From a virus: DNA of 48,034 nucleotides. A program made the position numbers and the translations under genes. This document shows, piece after piece, positions 7,131-15,669 of this stretch. The notes below the pieces were generated by a model, which had not been told where the DNA came from, did no database searches, and saw only the letters and a program-made list of their open reading frames with translations. The DNA is taken from positions 1-48,034 of the IMG/VR virus record IMGVR_UViG_3300045012_000037; one strand, written 5' to 3'. The first letter of the stretch is position 1. Each line of letters opens with the position of its first letter.

Positions 7131-9002
7131 TCATTGCGCGCCCACCGACCAAGAAACTATCGTCGTCGCGGCGCTCGAAGAAGAAACCATTTTGACATCT
7201 ATGGCGGAACTCGCCGTCACACTGACGGAATGTGTTGTATCGCTACAGGCAAGCGCAGATGCGCCGCTTATCTGACAAGTTACCGAGCTATCAACGCCAC
7301 CAGTGCGCAGAGTGAAAGTGTAGGTTTGTCCGGCGCCGGGCGCTGTATTAACATTGACGTAAAATCCCGTCAGCGCATAATTAGCTGGGCTGATCATAAA
7401 ATAAATTTCACTGGTGCTGATATTAGCCAGCGATAAGTATTGAGTGCTATTACTCGTACTCGCTGTCGAACCATTGCCGCCAAAGATTGGCTTAACAAAG
7501 TTTCCAATATAGGCCCCACCCGAACCGGGGCCTGTGCTGATAAACATCTGGCCGAAGGTGCCAAGGCCGGTGCCCGTAGTATCGCCAGGGAGCACAGTAT
7601 TGGGATCGACGCTAACGCCGGTTTTGCCGCAGAAAAGCGTCGATGTAGCATCCACGACATATCGCTTGGTGCTAGCTGCAAGAGAACCTGTGAACGTAAT
7701 GTCTTGACAGTCGATGATGCCGCCCTGAGTGGCAGTAGCAAACTGACCGTTCATATTTGGCGTGCCGACAATCGTGACTGGCGAGGCTGTCGTTTGCCAG
7801 ATCACGGCACCGCCGGTTACTGCATCAACGAAGCCGCCCGCGCTACCACCGTTTATCGTAAATGGGTTGTTGATAAACTCGATGATTGAATTTAGATCGG
7901 CAACGAGCTGTGGATTGCCAGAAACGCCGCCATAGCAATTGCCATCCAGCGCTATCCACGACAATGCGTCGGCTGTAACCTTAGCATCGATCTGAAAGTT
8001 TGTTACCGTCCAAGGAACCGAAACACCGACAGAAGTGATGCCGCTCGTTACCGTTGGGTAGTTTGTGCATGACGACGAGATCGTTGCCGCACCGCGCACC
8101 ACAACAGACTGCTGGCCAATACTTCCTAGATAACCGAGATATTTACAAGCGCTGAATCCCGTATAACTTCCGGTGTAAGTTCCGGCATCGCTGCCATCGA
8201 CTAGGACTGTGTGGCCATTGAGATCGTAATTGTCACAAATAACATTGGCAGCTTTTTGTAGCGTTAGAAATGGCGCCCCGGAAGTCAGGCCGCTGTTGCT
8301 GTCGGAGCCCGTAGAACCATTGACGTAAAGCGTGAGATTGACATTCAGTTGCGTGCGCGAAAGTGCTGGACCCGGCAGATAGGTATTGACATTTGTACAG
8401 ATCGGATTGACGCCGCTGATGTCAAAACCTAATAGGCTATTTTCGCATACGGCCGGCTGCGGCATCGCGCCAGTCGTGATGCCGGGCTGAAAGAATAGGC
8501 CGCGACCGGTCAGATCATTAGTCTTGTCCCAGAGCTCGCGCGTGATGGCGCGATCCTCGGTGAAGCGCTGATTGAGATCGCGCGCCGCAACGCCACGGTT
8601 TTCCTGAAACTGCGATAGCTGCCGCGGTCGCTCGGCGCCGACGATTTGAATGGTCGCCGTCTGTGGGCTGGTGAACGTCAGTATCGCATCGGTGATCGGC
8701 CGCGGGATGGTCGACAAAGAGCCGGTAGGACTGGTCAGGCCCCAGCCATAGGTTGGGTCGGTCGACAATTTGCGGACGCCATTGACCCAGACCTGAATCC
8801 ACGAATCAACATCGTTGCCCGTGCCGTAAAGCGCCATATTGACGGCGCACGCACAGGTCGATGTGCTAATGCTATAGGCTGTTCGGCGCTCGGAATCCGG
8901 CAGCGCCGGGACTGCGGGGGGCGCCTGCGCAATGGCCGCCAGTGGACTCAGGGCGGTCCACAGTAGCCCTATCGCGGCGATGGTCCGGCGCAGCGGCTTC
9001 AT
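7131..9002 (-). CDS. tail fiber/tailspike: T7-type N-terminal adaptor pattern plus beta-helix-like body, with signal-peptide-like N-terminus
   Basis: Syntenic with T7 gp17, directly after the gp16-like gene. Residues about 40-160 end in ...RDLNQRFTEDRAITRELWDK, like the fiber N-domain. GSTGSDSNSGLTSGAPFLTLQKAANV is a pectate-lyase-fold-type motif. N-terminus MKPLRRTIAAIGLLWTALSPLAAIA/QA. Confidence 0.7.
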   Translation of the reverse strand: MKPLRRTIAAIGLLWTALSPLAAIAQAPPAVPALPDSERRTAYSISTSTCACAVNMALYGTGNDVDSWIQVWVNGVRKLSTDPTYGWGLTSPTGSLSTIPRPITDAILTFTSPQTATIQIVGAERPRQLSQFQENRGVAARDLNQRFTEDRAITRELWDKTNDLTGRGLFFQPGITTGAMPQPAVCENSLLGFDISGVNPICTNVNTYLPGPALSRTQLNVNLTLYVNGSTGSDSNSGLTSGAPFLTLQKAANVICDNYDLNGHTVLVDGSDAGTYTGSYTGFSACKYLGYLGSIGQQSVVVRGAATISSSCTNYPTVTSGITSVGVSVPWTVTNFQIDAKVTADALSWIALDGNCYGGVSGNPQLVADLNSIIEFINNPFTINGGSAGGFVDAVTGGAVIWQTTASPVTIVGTPNMNGQFATATQGGIIDCQDITFTGSLAASTKRYVVDATSTLFCGKTGVSVDPNTVLPGDTTGTGLGTFGQMFISTGPGSGGAYIGNFVKPIFGGNGSTASTSNSTQYLSLANISTSEIYFMISPANYALTGFYVNVNTAPGAGQTYTFTLRTGGVDSSVTCQISGASALACSDTTHSVSVTASSAIDVKMVSSSSAATTIVSWSVGAQ

Positions 9003-9028
9003 GCCGAGGAGCCTTGGGCGGGGCTAGA

Positions 9029-9049
9029 TTCGCGCGCAACGCACGGTCC
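9029..9049. promoter_or_regulatory. conserved late-arm motif copy 1 (ATTCGCGCGCAACGCACGGTC)
   Basis: In the 87-bp spacer between the gp16-like gene and the fiber gene. The core ends 35 nt upstream of the fiber ATG 9002 on the minus strand. Confidence 0.6.
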
Positions 9050-9089
9050 CTATGCCGCTCAATCAGGCTACGGCAGCGGCGATAGCCCA

Positions 9090-12000
9090 TTACTGCGGCA
9101 ACATGTTTTTCTGAATGATCTGGCCCTGCATGGTGCGGATAACATCATTACCGCTGCGGGCGACCTGGATCATCGAATAGTAGAGCTGATCAATTAATTG
9201 CCGCTTTTCTGCCGGCGGGACTTCTGGATTTTTATAGATGTCCTGCACCAGCTTGGAATGCTCGTTGAGCGTCTGAGCGACCGAATCCAGCCGCATGAAC
9301 ATCGACGGGCCGCCCATGTCCACGATGTGCTGGGTTGCCACCACGTCGCCATCCCTAGCCTTCGCCATGAAGGTCGTGAAATAGGACTTGTTCCGCTCGT
9401 AGTTGTCGTAGAAATCTTGGATCGATTGCGCGCTGGTCGACGGATAGCGGACGACAAAAGCCCTGATTATAGGGATGTCGGCGAGCGTCGCGGTTGGCTG
9501 CGGCGGATCGGGCAGGATGCCTTGCTTGCGCAGCGCTGTATCGGCCGCGGTCAGTGCATAATTGCCGAGCGTGCCGGTCCAGCCGCGGATATAGTTCTCC
9601 ATCAGGATCGGGCTGGTAATCGCCCGCGCAATGCCGCCCGAGGCAGACTGATCCATCTTCACATCGCTGATGCCGGGGAACGCGCCGACAATGCGGCCGA
9701 CCGCCTTAGTCAGCTCTGTTGTGTAAGGCGTGTACTGATATTCCGGCAGGAATTTCTCCTGTGCCGAAGGGATCAGTGTGCGGTTCGTAAAGGTCGAGCG
9801 ATTGGCGAATTGATCGACAATCGGCGCAGCCGCAGTCGGCACAAACTCCGGGCCAACCTGCGTCCAAAACTGCTTGAAAAAATCCTTGAACGCATCCGGC
9901 TTCTCGCCGACGTATTGGTCGAGCAGCCGTTCCGGCAGCGTCCCAAACACCATGCCCATTGCCCACGGCTTCGGGATACGAAACACGTGGTCCGGCGTCA
10001 TGACCAGCCAGAACATATCCTTTTGCCACTGCGGGATTTCAGCATAGCGTGGATCATCGTGATTGGCGGCCCACAGCGCCACAGACGGCACCGTAACGGC
10101 AGCGCCGATCTTGACCAGCGACGAGATCGGGTTGTCGCGGATCGCGCGCACCACGCGGTCGCTATCCTGCAGTTTGATATTGGCGAACGCGGTGATCAGA
10201 TTATAGGCCCGCATGTTGGCGCCCATGCGCGCGGCGTCGACTGCCGTGTCGCGCGAAACCCACGCGGCACGGATGGCCTTGTCGCGCAGATTGGTAGCCT
10301 CAGGCTCGGCACGATCGGCCGCGCGCATCGACTTCTTGAATGCCGCAAGGTGGCTGGCGTTCTCAGCGAATTGCGTGGCGGCACGCAGCGGGTCGAGTAC
10401 GAACTTGCCGATGGCCTGGAATGGCAATTTGCCAAGCGCCCCCGCCTTGTCCCACATCGAGGCTTCCGGGTCGGCCAGCACATTCCAGGCGCGGCCCGCG
10501 AGCCCGGTTTGGCCGGTCAGTTTACGCAAGTCCTCCTGCAGATAGCGCCGGTCGATCCCAACCGAGGAGATATTGCCGCCGCCGCCTTTGAGCCAATTCC
10601 AATAATCCTCGTCCTTCATGATCAGGCCGGCGAAGCCCTTGCCCATGTCGATCGGGCTGAATACGCCCTCCTTGAAGGTGGTCATGGCATAGAGCAAGTC
10701 GCGTAGGACGTGGCGGCCCCAGAATTCAGGGGTCGAGACGGCGCCGGCGCGCAGCGTCGAGGCCGGGAAGGCCAGTGCCCGCTCGAGCATGCTCATGCTC
10801 TGGGCGTCCAAACCCTTCATGGCGCGGGCGAGCTCGGGATCGACCGAATAGGTTTCCCGCTTGCCGTCCCGCAGGATCGAGATTTGGCCCTCGCGCTCAG
10901 GCTCGCTGGCCTGGGCGAGCGCTTGGGCCAATTCCTCAGGACGCCTCACGCCGGACTCAGCGAGGGTGTCCGCTATCGCCCCAGCGCGGGGCAGCTCAGG
11001 AAGGCGCTCGGCCGTAATGGCCGCCGGCGACTCTGGGAAGGCTTTGGCGCCCCCTTGTAGCATATCGACCAGCTTGGTTCCGACTACGTTCCGCTCGGCC
11101 ATTTCGACCATATGGAAGGTGTTGCGGACCACGCTTTCGACCGGGTCGACGATGTCGCGGGCCGATCCTTTGATGGCCTTGATCGGATTGTGGGCCTGCA
11201 GGGATGAGCCGCCGACCGCTGGCGCCCCCTCGTCCAGCCCCATGACGCGGGAAAACGGCACATACATCTTATTGGCGTCGACCATGGCCTTATAGCCGTT
11301 GGCCGAAAGTACCCCGGAATCGCGCAAATATGCGCCCACCCGATTCTGGTAGTCGACCAGATCGCGGAACGGCTTTTCGTACTTGTCGCGGCCTTCGGCT
11401 ACCACGGTGCGCGCGGCATCCAAGCCTGACGACACCAGCGGCGGCGCACTTGGCTGCTCGGGAAAATTGAACCCGCTTTCGACGCCCCTGCCCTCCAATT
11501 CGAGCGCGCGGGACGCCGTGGCATAAGCCCGAAAGCCGTTCAGATCCTTCGCCACCGGCCGCAGGATCGACTTGAGCGACGGGCCATTGTTCTCATAGGT
11601 GGCAAAGTCGAACGTGCCATTATTGAGGAAATGATCGGCCTTCCCAGCATACCCCGCCATCAGCCGGGCAAGCTGATAAGGATTATTTTCCGCAGTCAAA
11701 TCCGGCAGGTCGGCCTCCTTCACTGCCTTGGCGATCGGGAACAACTTGTCGATGAAGCCGGTATAGAGGCCGTCCCATGTCAGCGCGCGCTCGGGCGCCT
11801 TCTCGTCGATGCTGATCTTGGACAGGATTTGCTTTTCGGCGTCGCCGTAGGATGGTGGCCGCCCCGGCCCGCCCCCTGGCGGTTCTGGCGGAAGATTGCC
11901 TATACCGCCGCCTACCGCCTTTGCTTGAGAAGCAATTTCTTGAGGCAGGTTAAATTCTGCGCCAGTCGCGGCCCCAGCTTTTTGCTCATACTTTGACAGA

Positions 12001-13079
12001 TCGGCTTCGGAGATATCGACGTAGGAAAGTTGGCCGCCGTAGGATTTTCTAAATGGCAGGGCAATACCTGGCAGGTCATTTGTAAATTGAGTTGCTGTGC
12101 CTACTTCGCCAGAACGATTGCCACGCCAAAGTCTAGCAAGCCCATCCTCGACTGGCGGCAACGATTGTTCAATCGCGGCGGCCTCCATTCTAAATTGTAC
12201 AATCGGCGGACCATAAGCCGCCGGCATGTCGCCGCGGTCGCTCGACAGTATGCTTTGTGCAATCGTTGGATCGGCTTGCGCATCATGTGCGACTTCAGCC
12301 GGATGGACACCCTTGTCTTGGTAGAGCTCGGCTAGCTTAGCCTCGACCTTGGGCATAGCGTCGCCGTTGCCGATGGCCGTTGCCGCATTGGAAAAGTCCT
12401 GGCCTTTGGGCAAACCGCCAATCTCGGTGATTTCTGGCGTGCCCATTGGCCCCATGCCCACGCGCATAACCGACCGACTGCCGAGCGCCATCATGGCGGT
12501 GTCGGTGATCTTCTTGGCATCCTCAAAGGTTACGCCGCCCGGCGTCAGTCCTTCCGCCCGCTCAGCTTGCCTGACCCTATCCTCGCCGTACATCCTGACC
12601 GCCGCGTCGCGCATGACGCCGGCGGCTGCGACGATCGGATGGCCGGCAAAGGCGTGAACGGCGCCGACTAGCGGGGCGAAGGGCAGCGCGGCCATGTCAA
12701 CCAATCCAAGACCAGTACGGCTAATGCCCTCTGCCGCACCTTCCTTCTGCGGCTCGCGCGCACCGCCAAATTCCTTCGGCAATAGATTGGCAACCGCATC
12801 TTTGAACGTGTCGACCGTATTGGAAATGGCCTCGCTCGGAATATCAGTGATCGCCTTGGGCAGTTTGCTGATCGCCTGCGATAACATGCTGCCGCTCATG
12901 ACCCGTTGCACGACTGACTGCGGCACGCCCTCTGGCGTCGCCGGGATGCCCATGTGTGCGTCGATCTCGGCGTCAGTGAAGCCGGCGGCCTGATAGGTGG
13001 TGCGCAGTCCGGTCAGATGATCGGTGATTTCCGCATCGCTAAATCCGGCGTCGCGGTACGTGCTGGCAAGATCAGGCAT
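9090..13079 (-). CDS. large internal virion (ejection) protein, T7 gp16-like by size and position
   Basis: 1329 aa (T7 gp16 is of similar size). Last of three core-protein genes after tubular B. N-terminal duplicated AGF(S/T)DAEI motif. Confidence 0.7.
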   Translation of the reverse strand: MPDLASTYRDAGFSDAEITDHLTGLRTTYQAAGFTDAEIDAHMGIPATPEGVPQSVVQRVMSGSMLSQAISKLPKAITDIPSEAISNTVDTFKDAVANLLPKEFGGAREPQKEGAAEGISRTGLGLVDMAALPFAPLVGAVHAFAGHPIVAAAGVMRDAAVRMYGEDRVRQAERAEGLTPGGVTFEDAKKITDTAMMALGSRSVMRVGMGPMGTPEITEIGGLPKGQDFSNAATAIGNGDAMPKVEAKLAELYQDKGVHPAEVAHDAQADPTIAQSILSSDRGDMPAAYGPPIVQFRMEAAAIEQSLPPVEDGLARLWRGNRSGEVGTATQFTNDLPGIALPFRKSYGGQLSYVDISEADLSKYEQKAGAATGAEFNLPQEIASQAKAVGGGIGNLPPEPPGGGPGRPPSYGDAEKQILSKISIDEKAPERALTWDGLYTGFIDKLFPIAKAVKEADLPDLTAENNPYQLARLMAGYAGKADHFLNNGTFDFATYENNGPSLKSILRPVAKDLNGFRAYATASRALELEGRGVESGFNFPEQPSAPPLVSSGLDAARTVVAEGRDKYEKPFRDLVDYQNRVGAYLRDSGVLSANGYKAMVDANKMYVPFSRVMGLDEGAPAVGGSSLQAHNPIKAIKGSARDIVDPVESVVRNTFHMVEMAERNVVGTKLVDMLQGGAKAFPESPAAITAERLPELPRAGAIADTLAESGVRRPEELAQALAQASEPEREGQISILRDGKRETYSVDPELARAMKGLDAQSMSMLERALAFPASTLRAGAVSTPEFWGRHVLRDLLYAMTTFKEGVFSPIDMGKGFAGLIMKDEDYWNWLKGGGGNISSVGIDRRYLQEDLRKLTGQTGLAGRAWNVLADPEASMWDKAGALGKLPFQAIGKFVLDPLRAATQFAENASHLAAFKKSMRAADRAEPEATNLRDKAIRAAWVSRDTAVDAARMGANMRAYNLITAFANIKLQDSDRVVRAIRDNPISSLVKIGAAVTVPSVALWAANHDDPRYAEIPQWQKDMFWLVMTPDHVFRIPKPWAMGMVFGTLPERLLDQYVGEKPDAFKDFFKQFWTQVGPEFVPTAAAPIVDQFANRSTFTNRTLIPSAQEKFLPEYQYTPYTTELTKAVGRIVGAFPGISDVKMDQSASGGIARAITSPILMENYIRGWTGTLGNYALTAADTALRKQGILPDPPQPTATLADIPIIRAFVVRYPSTSAQSIQDFYDNYERNKSYFTTFMAKARDGDVVATQHIVDMGGPSMFMRLDSVAQTLNEHSKLVQDIYKNPEVPPAEKRQLIDQLYYSMIQVARSGNDVIRTMQGQIIQKNMLPQ

Positions 13080-15190
13080 CAGCGCAACCCGGTTCGCTTA
13101 TCGAACTCATCTAGCGTTTCGCCAGGCTCGCGCTTTGGAATTTGTGCCGCGGCGGGCATGACTGGCCCAGGCGCTCCCTGTCCGGTCATCTTTCTTGTCA
13201 TCTCGGCCATAGAGTCCTTCAAGGACTTCTGGAATGGCGCAATCACTTCCGGCTTGCCGAGATAGTCAGGCTTGGAAGGATCAAACAAGTCGAACGGGCT
13301 TTTCTTGGCCGCACGATATTCGTCGATCTTCTGATCGACATATCGCTCAAAGGCGAAATTCTGCATCTTACCGCTGGCGTCGATCTTGCCCATGATCGGA
13401 TTGGAATTGTCAATCAAAGGCTCTACTGCCTTGGAAAATTGCGCGCGCAATGGCGCAAGCCTGTCACCGCCTGCGGTGCGCGCATCGGTAAAGCGCTTCT
13501 CTAGCCATTCCTCATCGGCGCGCGTGAGGGCGCCGGCAATGTAGGCATCGCGCACCGGCTTTAGATCGCTGATCTTGCCCGGATCAGTCTCGTCAAGGCT
13601 CATGCGACGGAACAAGTCCATGGCATTCGATTGCGAGACCTTGGCAATCGGTTCCGGCATGTCCTCGCGCTTTACCCAGGACAGCATTCGCATTTTGGAT
13701 TCGGGCGACACATCGGTCGCCGTTTTAATCTCATTTTCAGTAATCTGCGGGCTATCACTCGCGCGATCCTTGATGACACTATCCTCGAACGTCTGATCGC
13801 GTTGCTTCTGCCCAAGATCGGCGAGGTTGGTCTGGCGCACAACATCATCGCGATATTCCTTTATCGCTGCCAGCCCCTTCTCATAGTTGATCTGCCGCTG
13901 CGCAGGCGGCACAGATTCGTCGGTGCGCATGGCCTCGACCGCCGCCAAGGCTCGCTCAACGCCGCCCTGCATCGTGCCGGGGCCGCCTGGCTGTCCCTGC
14001 ATCGCCAGCGGACTCGGCCGCTGCCCGCTTATCCAACCCTCAATCGGCTGTCCGGTGATGGCACGCACATAGTTGCGTGTTTCTGCAGGCATTGCTGCAG
14101 GGTTGGCGCCTGCGGCCATCCACTGTGCAACATTCTTCTCACCCCAATTATAGCCAGCAAGTGCCAGTCCGGTATTGCCGCCAAACTGTTTGGTCAGGTC
14201 AGACATATAACGGGCCTGACCCTCGATCGATGATTGAGGATCGCGCACGTTGACGCCGTAGCGCGCGGCGGTAGCCGGCATGAACTGTGCGATACCTTGC
14301 GCACCAGCCGGACTGACGGCATTGGTGCGAAAACCGGACTCCTGATAAAGCTGGCGAGCCAGCAAGTTCGGGTCGAGACCGTAACGCTGTGCTGAATCGT
14401 TGATCATCGGCTGATAAGGCGCCGATGGATTTTTCAGCATCTTGCCGACATAGTTCTCGAATGCCGCACCGTTCATGTCTTGATGCAAATGGTTCAGGAA
14501 TAAATCGGCTTCGCCCTTCGACGCCTGCAGGAGCGGACTGCTGGTTCGCTCATTGACGAGGGCGTGAATATCGGTAATCAATTGCTTAGCTTGTGGCGTA
14601 TTGACGCCGCCATTTAGGATAAGACTTTTCAAATCTTCGGACTTTGACTCTATGGCTGCCCTTGTGTCACGGTCGAAATTCTGCGTTATCTTTTGCTGCT
14701 GTTCATTAGCCAGCCGCCGATAATTGAATGTCGTAGTGGTGTCGATAGCTCGGCTAAGAGATAGCCCAACTTCGGGACCAGCCTGATCCGTGACCTTTTG
14801 AACAAGCGTGTCGCGGAATTTATTTGAAGCCGCCAGGTATTGATCCGGGTCGTTTGGGAATTGTTTGCTGATAGCAATGTCTTGGCGCTTTGCCTCGCCG
14901 TCAGCCTGTGCCAACGCTGAGAATTTCATGGCGCGGCTATAGGCGATACCGGCCTCGCCAAAGATCGGCGTATGAGCAACCGACATGTTGCCCTGGTCAT
15001 CCATGGTGACCGACTGCAATCCAGCGCGTTCGGCAAGCGGCGTAGCTAAGGCTTCCAACCCTTCGCCGGCCTTATCAAGCGCCTGTCCGAGCATTTGATA
15101 GGGTTGCGCAACCTCACCAGTGCTGACCCGCGAGACAGGGGCGTCGCTGGTTACAACAGATTCCGGCCTGACTTCGGTGGCTTCCGGCAT
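13079..15190 (-). CDS. internal virion protein with soluble lytic transglycosylase (SLT) domain
   Basis: LYQESGFRTNAVSPAGAQGIAQFMPATAARYGV matches the SLT catalytic signature (ES...GLMQ/AQF MP.TA). gp15 position. Confidence 0.8.
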   Translation of the reverse strand: MPEATEVRPESVVTSDAPVSRVSTGEVAQPYQMLGQALDKAGEGLEALATPLAERAGLQSVTMDDQGNMSVAHTPIFGEAGIAYSRAMKFSALAQADGEAKRQDIAISKQFPNDPDQYLAASNKFRDTLVQKVTDQAGPEVGLSLSRAIDTTTTFNYRRLANEQQQKITQNFDRDTRAAIESKSEDLKSLILNGGVNTPQAKQLITDIHALVNERTSSPLLQASKGEADLFLNHLHQDMNGAAFENYVGKMLKNPSAPYQPMINDSAQRYGLDPNLLARQLYQESGFRTNAVSPAGAQGIAQFMPATAARYGVNVRDPQSSIEGQARYMSDLTKQFGGNTGLALAGYNWGEKNVAQWMAAGANPAAMPAETRNYVRAITGQPIEGWISGQRPSPLAMQGQPGGPGTMQGGVERALAAVEAMRTDESVPPAQRQINYEKGLAAIKEYRDDVVRQTNLADLGQKQRDQTFEDSVIKDRASDSPQITENEIKTATDVSPESKMRMLSWVKREDMPEPIAKVSQSNAMDLFRRMSLDETDPGKISDLKPVRDAYIAGALTRADEEWLEKRFTDARTAGGDRLAPLRAQFSKAVEPLIDNSNPIMGKIDASGKMQNFAFERYVDQKIDEYRAAKKSPFDLFDPSKPDYLGKPEVIAPFQKSLKDSMAEMTRKMTGQGAPGPVMPAAAQIPKREPGETLDEFDKRTGLR

Positions 15191-15669
15191 CAGAATGTCC
15201 TACTGCCAGGAGCACCGGGTATAGCGCCTCCAATTCCTTTGAGGATCGAAGATGCTGCGCTTACGTCGCCGGATAGCAATGCATCGCTTGACGCCGAGCG
15301 CAGATAAGCCGCGTCGCTTTCGTCCTGCTGTGATTGAGCCAAGATGCTATCGACTTGGATATTCTTGCGCTCAGTTCCAATCTGTTCGGTGTAATCACGC
15401 ACCGCCGCGCCGGTCGGCGACGTTGGATCAGTGTGCGACGCAGCGCGAATAGCGTCTAATTGTCCTAATGTTATGGCTTGATTGCGCGTTAACTGCGCAT
15501 TGGTTTGCGTAGCTTTCAATTCGCCATACTGTGCAGCACGGTCTAGTTCTGCGGCCTTGTATTGATCGGCCGCAGATGTGCCCTTAGCGCTTTCCAGCGA
15601 ACCAAAGGCTGACAAGCCCATCGAGGCTAGCGACAGAGCGGATGATGCACCTCCTGATGGAACGCCCAT
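15190..15669 (-). CDS. small internal virion protein (gp14-like by position)
   Basis: 159 aa, A/S/G/Q-rich. 1-nt start/stop overlaps with both neighbours. Confidence 0.5.
   Translation of the reverse strand: MGVPSGGASSALSLASMGLSAFGSLESAKGTSAADQYKAAELDRAAQYGELKATQTNAQLTRNQAITLGQLDAIRAASHTDPTSPTGAAVRDYTEQIGTERKNIQVDSILAQSQQDESDAAYLRSASSDALLSGDVSAASSILKGIGGAIPGAPGSRTF

Noticed and set aside
9029-9049. Reading the late motif as a sigma54 (-24 GG / -12 GC) promoter
   Set aside because: GG-N10-GC with TTGC fits copies 1 and 3 only. Copies 2 and 5 have TG or AG at -24, copy 4 has the wrong spacing, and copy 6 has TTGG. The best conserved bases lie downstream of the TTGC rather than at the sigma54 key positions.
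9198-10706. 502-aa plus-strand ORF
   Set aside because: It lies entirely inside and antisense to the 1329-aa internal virion protein gene. Its Arg-rich, low-complexity translation indicates a GC-driven open frame.
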